DNA of 64,000 nt from the human T2T-CHM13v2.0 reference genome, Homo sapiens, in the NCBI RefSeq assembly GCF_009914755.1, contig NC_060931.1. The stretch is one strand, 5' to 3'. Below, in pieces: positions 26,060-38,490 of this stretch. The translations under genes and the position numbers were made by a program. Below the pieces are notes generated by a model that was not told where the DNA came from, did not search any database, and worked only from the letters and a program-made list of their open reading frames with translations. How positions within the stretch are numbered: the first letter of the stretch is position 1; each line of letters starts with the position of its first letter.

Positions 26060-26285
26060 TGCATATTCACACAAACACACGTGCATATCCAAATACACAT
26101 ACACACACATGCATATGCAGAGTTATATACATATATAAGCACACACATACACATGAGCACACACACGTCCACATGTACACACATACATACATATGCATGA
26201 GCACACACACGACCATATGTACACACACGAACATGCACGATCACACCCATATCCCTCGTGTACACACACACACACATACACACAG
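26060..26285. repeat. CA/TA-rich low-complexity repeat
   Basis: acacacacatgcatat... runs. Confidence 0.9.
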
Positions 26286-26523
26286 TGCTCATGACCTACT
26301 AAACAGCGCATGTGCCTCTCAGCCCTTGCCATGACAACCATGAGGTCTGCAGGAAACACGTCCATAGAGGTGGAGCTGAGGCTGGTGTGCATTCTCCCAG
26401 GCACCCAGCATGAGTGCCCAGCTCAGGGTCTGCACCGAGGCTGTCTGGCCCGAGTCCCAGGCTCGCCCCAGTGCTTGCCACACACACCCTGGGGTCTCCT
26501 CAGAAGCAGTGCCTGTGCCCCGA

Positions 26524-27768
26524 GATGCACGGCCACCACCCCGCCCCTGAGGCCCTGGATACACGGCCACTACCCCGCCCCCGACGCCCTGGATACATGG
26601 CCACCACCGCCCCCCCCCGACGCCCTGGATACACGGCCACCACCCCGCCCCCGACGCCCTGGATACACGGCCACCACCCCGCCCCCGACGCCCTGGATAC
26701 ACGGCCACCACCCCGCCCCCGACGCCCTGGATACACGGCCACCACCCCGCCCCCGACGCCCTGGATACACGGCCACCACCCCGCCCCCGACGCCCTGGAT
26801 ACACGGCCACCACCCCGCCCCCGACGCCCTGGATACACGGCCACCACCCCGCCCCCGACGCCCTGGATACACGGCCACCACCCCGTCCCCGACGCCCTGG
26901 ATACACGGCCACCACCCCGTCCCCGACGCCCTGGATACACGGCCACCACCCCGCCCCCGACGCCCTGGATACACGGCCACCACCCCGTCCCCGACGCCCT
27001 GGATACACGGCCACCACCCCGTCCCTGACGCCCTGGATACACGGCCACCTGGATACACGGCCACCACCCCGCCCCTGACGCCCTGGATACACGGCCACCA
27101 CCCCGCCCCTGACGCCCTGGATACACGGCCACCACCCCGTCCCTGACGCCCTGGATACACGGCCACCACCCCGTCCCTGACGCCCTGGATACACGGCCAC
27201 CACCCCGCCCCTGACGCCCTGGATACACGGCCACCACCCTGTCCCTGACGCCCTGGATACATGGCCACCTGGATACACGGCCACCACCCCGCCCCTGACG
27301 CCCTGGATACACGGCCACCACCCCGCCCCTGACGCCCTGGATACACGGCCACCACCCCGTCCCTGACGCCCTGGATACACGGCCACCACCCCGTCCCTGA
27401 CGCCCTGGATACACGGCCACCACCCCGTCCCTGACGCCCTGGATACACGGCCACCACCCTGTCCCTGACACCCTGGATACACGGCCACCACCCCGCCCCT
27501 GACGCCCTGGATACACGGCCACCACCCTGTCCCTGACGCCCTGGATACACGGCCACCTGGATACACGGCCACCACCCCGCCCCTGACGCTCTGGATACAG
27601 GGCCACCACCCTGTCCCTGACGCCCTGGATACACGGCCACCTGGATACACGGCCACCACCCCGCCCCTGACGCTCTGGATACACGGCCACCACCCTGTCC
27701 CTGACGCCCTGGATACACGGCCACCACCCTGTCCCTGACGCCCTGGATACACGGCCACCACCCCGCCC
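26524..27768. repeat. Minisatellite/VNTR, 34-bp unit, ~37 copies including four ~17-bp half units
   Basis: Unit ctggatacacggccaccaccccgYcccYgacgcc. Confidence 0.99.
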
Positions 27769-29535
27769 AGACTGAAGGGTGACACCAGAGGCAAAAAGAG
27801 TGAACTAGATTCACGTAAATCAACATGAATAAACTTCAAAACAGAACAGATGGAAAGACTGGAAAAGTCCACGCACTAATGTTCATTCAGGCAGAAAGAG
27901 TGAGGGTCCCTCCCAGAATCCAGTCCAGGGAGACTCCTTCTCTTCCTTTCTGCATGGGCCCGAGGAGCTGGTCCCTAGACTGCTCAGATCCAATCCACAG
28001 TCCGTGAGCAAAGGGCCGCAGGCGTGGTGGAGGTGTGCCCAGGCCCAGCATGCCCCCAGAGTCCACAAGAGCAGGACTGGGGGCACCGTGCCTGCGCCAG
28101 CCCAAGCTGCCCAGACTTCCTCTGGACAGCAGGCCTCCTGAGCCCTGGAGATTAACTCACTGCCGCAGGTAGGATCACCTGAGTCCTCTAGGAACCCAGC
28201 CCGCATCCTGGGCAAGAGGCCCACATGCACCTTAGAAAGGGCCCGAAACAGTTCACGAGTGGGGTGTGGGCTGTGGGTCCAGACACAGTTATCCTAAGGC
28301 CAGGCACAGGAAGGGTTCCTTTCCCGATGGCTCCGACAGCCCAGTGGTGCACCTACAACTGCTTCCCATCGAGGTGGTGGGCTGGGACTCGGCAAGCCCA
28401 TCTGAACAGGGCTCTCTGCAGGCAGCCCCAGGCCTGGAGTTTGCCAAGTGATGAGTTTTCCTGTCTGAGCTTGTTTCCATCATCTCCACGATGAACGTAG
28501 GACACCAGGACATTGGATCTCTGCGGGGCAGCAGCTCATGGCCCAGCTGTAGGAAAGCAGACCCAGCCTCTGGATTAAAACCATGCCTGGAGGAAACTGG
28601 CCTTGTGAGTGTCAGGGCTGCGCTGCTGTCTTCCAGGTCCTCCCTGGTTTAATTTAGCAAAACTACCAATGCCAAGAACTGGTTAAATTTTTTAAAGGGA
28701 AGAAAGTATGACACATGGAGAAAAAGGTGCAGCCCATTTCCCAGCCTGAGGACTGGCCGGGGAAATAACTCTGAGCCCTCGAGATGAGGGGCTATGCCTT
28801 CCCTTGCTCACTCTCTCCCTCACCCACCTGCCCACTCGCCCATCCACTCAACAGCGGTCGTTCTTCATTGTATTGTGAGCTCCCTCTGGGCTGTGCACTC
28901 CGGGCCATGCGTGGCTGGTAACTGGGAAATGCTCGACATGGAAAATTCTGCTTGATCATCTGAGATGCCACCTCAGTCTTGGGGAACTCAAGGCCAGGAG
29001 GGTCACACAACCCATTTAGCATTGCCTAGCACCAGTGGTGAGGCCAGGCCTCCCGCGCCCTCCATCTTTCTGCCACCACAGTCGTTTGGGGACTCAGTTC
29101 CATGTAGAACCAGATGAAGATTCATAAAGGCCAGTGGGATAAAGACTTCCCAATGTCCCGAAACACCCTGACACGTGTAATTCCAAATCTGTAAGTACTA
29201 AGTTTTAAAATGCGTGTGAGCAAGTCAAATTTCTGATGTTTCCCTGGATGACAAGATGTTTTCTTTATTAAAATATCAAGGTCTTTCTACAAATCTTTCC
29301 TGATACCTCAACTTTGCCAGGGTCCTAAGCGTGTGCTTAGGTACTTGCAGAGCCTCCCAGCATGGGAGGTCTGGGTAGGGCCTTGGAGGCCTGCTGGGAG
29401 GTCTGTGGACTCCAGGCCGCTCACTTATCCCCATGCATATAAAATTCCTAGGGATAATTTCATTTGATGACAGAGTTACACTTAATGCCAAAGTAAAGAA
29501 AAAGTTTACATTTTTCCTGAGTTAGCAGACAAATA

Positions 29536-30831
29536 TAAGGGGACTTCAAAAAGTTCACAGAAAAATTGGATTAAAAGGTAAAAATAAAAATATAAACTTT
29601 ATTTCTCAACATAATCTCCACCAGGGCCAAGACACTTTTGCAAGGGATCAAACCCACCATTTAGTCCATTCCCAAGGCACTGAGGACCTTGGGAATTTAG
29701 CCACATCAATGCAGTCTTTTTCCCATTACTATCTAAGGAAAAATGGGTACCCTCTGGATATATTTTAAGAATGGAAAACAAAAAGAAGTGAGAAGGAGCC
29801 AAACCAGGACTGTAGGGGGATGCCTCATGAGTTCTCATCGGAACTCTTGCTAAATTGCCCGTGTTTGATGAGAGGAGTGAGCTGAAGCCTTGTCCTGGTG
29901 GAGAAGGGCTCTCTGGTGAAGCTTTCCCAGGCATTTTTCTGCTAAAGTTTTTATAACTTTCTCAAAACACCCACATAATAAGCAGATGTTATTTTTCTCT
30001 GGCCCTCCAGAAAGTCAACATGCAAAATGCCTTGAGCATCCCAACATCTACTGCCATGACCTTTGCTCTTGATCAGTCTGCTGTTGCTTCGATGGGACCC
30101 CTTCCGCCTCTCGGTAGCCACTGCTGTGGTTGTGCTTGGTCATCAGGATGGTACTGGTAAAGCCATGTTTCCTCTCCTGTTGCAATTCTTCAAGGAAATG
30201 CTTCAGGATCTTGATTCCGCTGTTAAAAATTTCCATTGAAAGCTCTGCCCTTGGCTGCAGCTCATCTGGGTGCAATGGTTTTGGAACCCATGGAGTGGAA
30301 AGTTTGCTCAACTTTAATTTTCCAGCCAGAATTATGTAAGCTGAACCAGCCGAGATGTCTATGGTGTTGGCTGCTGTTTCTGCTGTTAATTGTTGGTTCT
30401 CTCCAATTAGGATATAAACAAGGTTAATTTTTTCCTTGCAAATTGATGAGGGGGTCTGCCACTATAGGATTCATCTTCAATATCATCTCATTCTTTCTTA
30501 AAATGAGTTCTCCATTTGAAAGCTGCTGATTTCTTTGGGGTGTTGTCCCTATAAACTTTTCATAAAGCATCAATGACTTCATCATTGTTCCACCCATGTT
30601 TCACCACAATTTTGATGTTTGTTCTTCCTTCAATTTTAGCAGAATTCATGTTGCTCTGATAGGGGCTCTTTTCAAACTGATATATTCTCTTCCTAGCCTT
30701 AAACTAGATCCTGTTCAGACATGTTACAACAAGTTAGTATGAGTTTATTTTGGTGCAGAAAGATTTTTGAAATCCATGCATAGTTTTCCATGATCCACAT
30801 TTTCCATGGACCTTCTTCAGAATCTCTTCCA
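29536..30831 (-). mobile_element. HSMAR2 mariner DNA transposon, near full length (~1.3 kb)
   Basis: Left TIR ta|taaggggacttcaaaaagttca, degenerate right TIR ttttccatggaccttcttcag; 5' leader (minus strand) aactatgcatggatttcaaaaatc...aacatgtctgaacaggatctagttt matches the recalled HSMAR2 consensus. Confidence 0.93.
29599..30649 (-). pseudogene. Disabled HSMAR2 transposase (~350 codons, frameshifts and stops)
   Basis: Start ATGAATTCTGCTAAAATTGAA at 30649; fragments WVPKPL (mariner WVPHEL-type motif) and PYSPGLAPSHFFLF (YSPDLAPxD motif with the third catalytic Asp changed to His); C-terminus GDYVEK-stop. Confidence 0.9.
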
Positions 30832-31326
30832 TAACAAGCCTGATGGCTGCTTGGGGTGCTGGCTGAACTCAGAGTAATGCCTGTGAGCCGCCAGGAATCC
30901 TGCTCTGGGGCCAGGAGCTGCATGGCCTCGTGCCAGCCTCCCGCACCTGCACCCCCACCTTGATCCCCCAGAGCACCTGGGTTGCGTAAGGGGCTGCACA
31001 CCACAGTCATCTGTTTCTTAAAGTACTTTGATGTTGATCTTTCTGTGAGACTCTGGAAGTGGAGATAGCTTTGGGTTTATTGGGCGTTCGATGTTGGGGA
31101 TTGGATGGCCTGGCTCAGAGATGTTGAAATGTCCCCGACCTGAAGGCTCTTGCAGTGCTGGTGCTGGGGGCGCTAGGCCATGAGCTGCACAGCTGGGGTA
31201 GGGGCCTCAGGGCTGCCTGGACTTCCTTACGAAGAAGCTGGCTCCCAGAGCTTCCAAAGTTGACGGTTCTGAACTAGGCACCAATCTTTCCTCTTTTCTC
31301 AGCTGGGGAGGCCCAGTTGCTCAAAG

Positions 31327-31504
31327 CTGTGGTTCTCAAAGTGGGGTCCCCAGACTGGCAGCACCCAGGGAGCTTGTTAGAAACACAGATCCTTGGGCCC
31401 TGCCTCGGACCCCCTGAGTCAGAGGTTCTGGGGTGAACCAGCAACCTGTGTGTTTACAAGCCCTGCAGGTGATTCTGATGCAGGCTGACATATGAGAACT
31501 GTGG
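31327..31504 (+). mobile_element. MER5A-like hAT-Charlie MITE
   Basis: ctgtggttctcaaagtggggtcccc...agcttgttagaaa...aacctgtgtgtttacaagccctgcaggtgattctgatgca...tgagaact. Confidence 0.88.
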
Positions 31505-31847
31505 GCCTGGGGGATTTGGGTTGTTCTGCTTATGGGAAAGGGCAGGCGTGACCTCTGAGAGAACTTGTAAGATGTGAGAGTCCAAAAGCTTCCTCTAAAT
31601 TGGACTCAAGGTCGCGTTCATCGGCAGCTGTGATGTAGGAGGCACCCTAGGTGTTTGCCAATGGCATTTGTCTCTATTGGCCGACACCACCCCAGGGCCC
31701 CTGAAGAGCAACCGGGACTCACTGGCACAACTTCACCCTCCTCCTTTTATTTTTTTTTGTAATACAAAGGCTTGAGGTACAGTATTATTTTTGGAGGGAT
31801 TTTTTCCTATTATAAACTAGTAATGTCTTAGGGTTAACATTTCCCTA

Positions 31848-32730
31848 ACACACATATACACATACATACACATATGCCTTCCCACACATATGCACACATA
31901 CACACACACACACAGACCCCTAAATACCTACACACCCACACACCCACAAAAATGCACACACACCCATGTCTACACATGTGCACTCAGCTCCAGAACACAG
32001 GATGTGGCCACGCATACCCAGCACCTCCCCACACACAAATACCCAGCGTCCTTCCCATACCTGCATACCCAGCACTTTCCCACACACATACCCAGCGCTT
32101 CCCCACACACACATACCCAGTGTCCTCCCCACACACACATACCCAGTGTCCTCCCCACACACACATACCCAGCGCCTCCCCACACACACCCAGTGTCCTC
32201 CCCACACACACATACCCAGCGCCTCCCCACACACACCCAGTGTCCTCCCCACACACACATACACAGCGCTTCTCCACACACACATACCCAGCGCCTCCCC
32301 ACACACACCCAGTGTCCTCCCCACACACACATACACAGCGCCTCCCCACACACACATACCCAGCGCCTCCCCACACACCCATACCCAGTGTCCTCCGCAT
32401 ACACACATACCCAGTGTCCTCCCCACACACACATATCCAGTGTCCTCCCCACACACACATACCCAGTGTCCTCCCCACACACGCATACCCAGTGTCCTCC
32501 CCACACACCCATACCCAGTGTCCTCCCCCCACACACATACCCAGTGTCCTCCCCCCACACACATACCCAGTGTCCTCCCCCCACACACATACCCAGTGTC
32601 TTTCCCACACACACATACCCAGTGTCCTCCCCACACACGCATATCCAGTGTCCTCCCCACACACGCATATCCAGTGTCCTCCCCACACACGCATATCCAG
32701 TGCCTCCGCACACATGGATACCCAGTGCCT
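31848..32730. repeat. CA-rich tract grading into a ~26-bp minisatellite
   Basis: Unit cacacacacatacccagtgtcctccc with agcgcctcccc variants from ~32010. Confidence 0.96.
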
Positions 32731-33379
32731 TCCCACGCTATGTCCTCACAGCTGTTTCCCCTACCCAATGCCCATGTAACTGTGTCCTGACACTTGGTGG
32801 CCTCCTTGGTTTCCCGGTATAACTAAGCACTGAGAGGCGCTCTTGCGCCCAGGCCGCCTGTCCAACTGGGGCAGGCTCCATCTTGCAGGAGGTAGAAGGA
32901 GGGTGCAGAGTCCCTGAGGCCCTCAGTCCACATGCCCCTCCTTGGAGTGTCCCCTCCCCGCCCTGTCAGGGCTCCTGAGAGTTTCCTCAGCTTCCTGGCG
33001 GGGTAGAGGGGTGACGGGTGCTTTCTGTGTGGGCCCTGTCTGCTGCTGCCTCTCCACAGCTCCCCTTCAAGGGCCACCCATGTCCGCAGGCCACCTCCCC
33101 TTGCTGGGAGCACTCATTTCCCAGGTGGTGCTTGTCCTCTTCCTGGGACACTTTTCTGTCTGCACTAGAACTTGACAGAGGAAGCCACAAAGCTTCCTGG
33201 CCATGGAAAGTGGGAACTGGCCACGGAACAGGGGAACTGCCCCTGGCCGTGTATGTCCCTCACCCGAGCCCTGTCTCCTAGGCTCTCGCTTCCATTTTGC
33301 ACTGAGACCTCTGCCTCATTCCCTCTGACCGGGCCTCTTGCCTGCCCTGAAGTCCTGCTTCCTCGCTGCTTGTGGGAGG

Positions 33380-33465
33380 GGGAGGCTCCGACTGTCTCTC
33401 CTTTATCCACCAATGTTTCCGCCACCAGCGAGTGCTGAGCAAGTATCTGTTGAATAAATGAATGT
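33380..33465 (+). mobile_element. L2 3' end fragment
   Basis: gagtgctgagcaagtatctgttgaataaatgaatg resembles the L2 tail gtgctcaataaatatttgttgaatgaatg. Confidence 0.55.
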
Positions 33466-33622
33466 GCACCAGGAAAGAAAGCAGCCGCCTGGCCTGACCT
33501 CGTCTGAGGCTCTGGATGGGATACGCTTCCCAGTTTGCTCGCTTCCCTGGAGAAACCCCCGGAGGGCCGCGCCCCGAGGCTTTGCTCCGACGTGTGCCAA
33601 GGACATGTGCTGGGAGCGTCTG

Positions 33623-33948
33623 CAAGGTCCGTCTCGCCGTGGGGGCCGGGAGGAGAACGTACCGTCCTCAAGGTCCGTCTCGCCGTGGGGGCCGGGAGGA
33701 GAACGTACTGTCCTCAAGGTCTGTCTCGTCGTGGGGGCCGGGAGGAGAACGTACTGTCCTCAAGGTCTGTCTCGTCGTGGGGGCCGGGAGGAGAACGTAC
33801 TGTCCTCAAGGTCTGTCTCGTCGTGGGGGCCGGGAGGAGAACGTACTGTCCTCAAGGTCTGTCTCGTCGTGGGGGCCGGGAGGAGAACGTACTGTCCTCA
33901 AGGTCTGTCTCGTCGTGGGGGCCGGGAGGAGAACGTACTGTCCTCAAG
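33623..33948. repeat. Minisatellite, 46-bp unit, 7 copies
   Basis: Unit caaggtcYgtctcgYcgtgggggccgggaggagaacgtacYgtcct; last five copies identical. Confidence 0.98.
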
Positions 33949-34929
33949 CAGAATTTCCTGCGCTGGTCTCTGGGATGGGCAGAGGGCCCTGCTTTCAGGT
34001 ACTGAGGAGAGCGCAGCACTCGGCATCACACTGGGGGCACAGGTCAGCAGGGGGCACCTGGGAGAGAAGAGGAGGTGGAAAGCGGAGGAGGAGGGATGGA
34101 CGACCAGCTGGGCACAAGAGGGGCTTCAGGGCACGGCAGGAGGGCCGTCCGGGGAAAGTTGTTTCCTGTCCCACTGACTTTGACGGCTCTAGGTCTGCCA
34201 CAACTCCGGCAAAGTCCCAGGACCCTGAGCAGCCTCGGGAAGAGCTCTCGGGACCTCGGGGGAGTGAGGTGGCCCAGGCCTGGCACAGCTCAGTGGTGGC
34301 ACGTCACATCACACATCTTCAGACCAGGCCTTCTGCAACGATTCTCTGGCCTCTCTGCTGCTCTGCCTAGCTCCAGCCTTGTCCTGCGGAAGGTGCTGAA
34401 GCGGCCCTCAGTCTGCCTCTGGCCTCCCTCTGTTTCCCCCTCCACAACTGGGCAGGCTGCTCCCTTCACCCCAACACTCCATGGCTCCCCATGGCCTGCA
34501 AATCAGATCACAGCCCCTAAGCCTGGACTGCAGTGCTCCACTTGGCCTCGCCCACCTCTCAGCCCATTTTCAACGTGACACACGCAGGTGAAGTGGACCT
34601 GACCCAGCTCCTGCTTTCTGCCCCCTCCTGTCCCCTCTCTCCTGCCCTGCCCCGATCCTGCCTCTGCTTCTGTCCACATGGCCCCAGCCACAGTGCCTTC
34701 CTGCCAGCCAACCATGTTCACAAGGAAGTTCATGTCCCCCTTAACTCGAGCTTTTATTTCAGTGAAGCTTCGGGGTCACCTGCACGGCCTCTCGTGAGTA
34801 GGGGGATTTCCTACTCGCTCCACAGACAGCTCCCGGGGTCCGGGGAGAAGCGGAGGGGGGCAGAGAAGGCCGTGCCACCCAGCAGCACAAGGCAGGGGTT
34901 TGCTTGCAGGTAGCAAAGTAACCCAAGCA

Positions 34930-35310
34930 GACACACACTCATGCACACACACACAGAGACACACTCATGCACATACACAGACACACACTCATGCACACAC
35001 ACACGAACACACTCATACACATATACACACAGAGACACACTCATGGACACACACAGAGACACACTCATGCACATATACACACGGAGACACACTCGTGCAC
35101 ATACACACACGGAGACACACTCGTGCACATACACACACACTCATGCACATACACAGAGAAACACTTGTGCACGGAGACACACTTGTGCACATACACAGAG
35201 ACACAGGCACACACAGGCAGACGCAAACGTGCATGCACACAGACACACAGACACACGCAGACACACACACGCGCACACACAGACACACACACACACACGC
35301 TCACTCACAG
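34930..35310. repeat. CA-rich degenerate repeat with ~26-bp periodicity
   Basis: agacacactcRtgcacatacacac words. Confidence 0.92.
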
Positions 35311-35920
35311 GCAAACAGATGCCCTTGGGTAGACTTGTGGTCTGACAGCCGTACAGGAAGTATGTCCCAGGAGGAGCCCAGGCTGTGTCGGGGTCACCTT
35401 GACTTCACTATTTTCGAAATGCTGAATTTTGCTGCAAAGTTTTCCTAAAGGGCTTGGAAACGGTCCAGACCGTGCTGTCCTGGAAGTCTCCTGGGGGCTC
35501 CTTCTTCAAACAAGAGAAAGCTGGGGAGTTTCCAGGCGTTCCGTGAGAGCCGAGGGAGCGCGTGAGGGCTTCCTCCTATCAGCGTCCGTATTCATGGTGG
35601 GAGGTGGCAAACCTCTATCGGCAGTTTCTGATAACCTTGCTCCGGGTCACACGTTATCTTCCTGAAGTGGCAGCCACGGAAGCTGCAATTCAGGCACCAA
35701 TATCAGAAAATGAGTCATTGCCGGGAACTTCACTGTGCAGTCCCAGAAGTCTTAATTCCAGCAGACAGGGTGACTCCAAAGGGAGATCGTTCCAGCCACT
35801 TCCAAGGTGTCTCTTTCTCCATCTCTTCTTGCAGCCCTGATTGTGGGGCCATGGCCTGTGCAGGAGGCGAGCAAGTGTGACCCCTGGTGGCTGCAGCAGC
35901 AGCAGCACCTTGGGCCTCGG

Positions 35921-36234
35921 GGGTCAGGAGGGGCTGAGTCCCCAGGTCAGGCATCCCCAGGGGGGCACGGGGCTGCAGAGGGTCAGGAGGGGCCGAGCCC
36001 CCAGGCCAGGCATCCCCAGGGTGGGCACCGGGCTGCAGAGGGTCAGGAGGGGCCGAGCCCCCAGGCCAGGCGTCCCCAGGGCAGGCACGGGGCTGCAGAG
36101 GGTCAGGAGGGGCCGAGCCCCAAGGCCAGGCATCCCCAGGGTGGGCACCGGGCTGCAGAGGGTCAGGAGGGGCCGAGCCCCCAGGCCAGGCATCCCCAGG
36201 GCAGGCACGGGGCTGCAGAGGGTCAGCAGGGCAG
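35921..36234. repeat. Minisatellite, 60-bp unit, ~5 copies with alternating variants
   Basis: Aligned on the 60-nt lines; gtgggcaccg and gcaggcacgg alternate. Confidence 0.97.
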
Positions 36235-37227
36235 GTATGCCTTGGCCATCACCACTGCAGTGGCCTAGAGGTGTTCCTGGCTGTCTCCATCTGGGGCAGC
36301 ACCTGCAGCTCCTTGGACAGTGTCAGAATTCACGACTCCTTGCAAACAATGCAGTCCACGCTCACCCTCCCTCCTCTCCACGAGACCTCAGTGCCCTGGA
36401 CCATGGACTGGGTGCCCGAGTGGGCTCATCCAAGCCCTGTTTTTGTGTTGGTCTCCTGTTGTGACCCATCCCCTGCTATTTCTGCTGGGCCTGAGGTAAG
36501 GCGGACAGGGCTGACCCTGAAGGCAAAGCATCCTGGGGGCCACTCTTCTGGAAGCGAATTCCCAGCATGGAGAAGCCTGAATTAACCAGCAGCGGCCCCA
36601 GGACAGAGTCTGTCACCAGAGCCTGGAGACAGGATGGGTGGCTGTGTCTAAAGCCACAGCATTTTCTTTTCCTGTGGCAAGTTATCCCTTTCCTTAGAAA
36701 AAAGTACTGTTGGATGCTGACACCACCACAAATAATCTAGTTCCTTGGCAGGTCCTCTCATGAGTAAACGGCCCTAGAAGACGTTTCTCCCAGGAAGATG
36801 CACAGACGGCCAAGGCAGGCAGACGGCGGCAATCAGCAGCTTCCACGTCCACCAGGGTGGCCTTGGGAAGACCAGCGCCCCCACGTGGGGCTGGGAGAGG
36901 CCGCACTGCACCCCAAGAGTGAGGATGGGTCGGGGGCAGCGGGAATGGTGCTCTATGGGGCTTCACATGGCCCCTGCACCCCAGGGCGGAGAACTTTCTA
37001 AGAGGGAAGGTCGGGGCAGCTGCTGTGTGGGTGCCAGCAGCCACCTGGGGACAGTGCCAGCACGGGGGCATGCCGGGGGAGCCTCTGGGAGCCGCAGGAG
37101 GCACTAGGGACACGCAGCTCGCCGGCCCTCCAGGAGGACGACGTTCTGAAATGGGCCTTGATGCCCTGGACGGCCTCGCTAGCCTTTACCCACAGGGGAA
37201 GGTGCAGGATGTGGCAGTCCCTGGAGG

Positions 37228-37803
37228 AACCCCAGGCCTGAGTGTGGCACCAGGGTTTCCTCGGGGACCCCATATCTGAGTGCAGCACCAGGGTTTCCTC
37301 GGGGACCCCGGGTGCAAGTGCCATGGTCAGGGTTTCCTCGGGGACCCCGGGTCCGAGTGCCATGGTCAGGGTTTCCTCAGGGACCCCAGATCTGAGTGCA
37401 GCACCAGGGTTTCCTCGGGGACCCCGGGTCCGAGTGCAGCACCAGGGTTTTCTCGGGGACCCCGGGTCCGAGTGCCACACTAGAGTTTCCTCGGGGACCC
37501 CAGATCTGAGTGCAGCACCAGGGTTTCCTTGGGGACCCCGGGTCCGAGTGCAGCACCAGGGTTTTCTCGGGGACCCCGGGTCCGAGTGCCACACTAGAGT
37601 TTTCTCGGGGACCCGAGATCTGAGTGCAGCGCCAGGGTTTCCTCAGGGACCTTGGGTCCAAGTGCCATGGTCAGGGTTTCCTTGGGGACCCCAGATCTGA
37701 GTGCAGCGCCAGGGTTTCCTCGGGGCCCCGGGTCCAAGTGCCATGGTCAGGGTTTCCTCGGGGATCCCAGGTCCGAGTGCCCTACCCAGGGTTTCCTCGG
37801 GGT
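37228..37803. repeat. Minisatellite, 38-39-bp unit, ~15 copies
   Basis: Unit gagtgcagcaccagggtttcctcggggaccccgggtcc with agatct and gccatggtc variants. Confidence 0.96.
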
Positions 37804-38490
37804 CCTCTCTCCTCCCCTCCGTGCACCCCGCCCACGTCACAAAGAGGAAGGTGATGTCTCTGGACCCAGCATCAAAGCCCGGGTCTTGGTGGGTGGTGCA
37901 GAAGGTGTTCCTAACAGTGGGCTGGGGAACAGCCAACCCTCCCTGTGGGCCTCAGAGCCAGGTCTCAGGAACAGGCACTGCACAGCTGGGAGCAGCAGGG
38001 ACAGGAGAGGAGGGAGTCTGCTCAGAGACGTCTTCTTCAGAAACCACATTCCCCAAGCCCTTCGCCAAAATCATCAAAACATCCCACGATCAGCTCTGCT
38101 TGACCGGGGAGAAGAGGAACAGGAAATATGTCAGGGGTGAGATTTTAAAATGTGTGTGAATATAAACATTCAGCTCTGTAACATAATTAACAGCGCCCCA
38201 AGGAAAATCCCGCGTATGTCAGTAGGAAGCGTTCTTGATGCGGAGCGAAGGCTACTTGGCGGTGTTCCGGCTCTCTGACTCTGAAGGGCCTGCCCGTGTT
38301 CCTTCCTGAGGCTCAGACAAGCCCATCTCAGCTTTGCTGTCTAGGAATTTATAAGTGTAAGAGAGCAAAGATTCAGTTCCCCAAAAGATACCCTCTTGGT
38401 GGCCTGTGGTCCACGGGAGACCTCATGCACCAGGGATCCCCGTGCTGGGCCGGCCAGTGCTCAAGAGCACGGACCCTGAGGCTCCTTAAA

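Noticed and set aside
26319-27872. 397-517-aa ORFs in three minus-strand frames
   Set aside because: The 34-bp unit lacks stops on that strand and cycles through frames; this is compositional.
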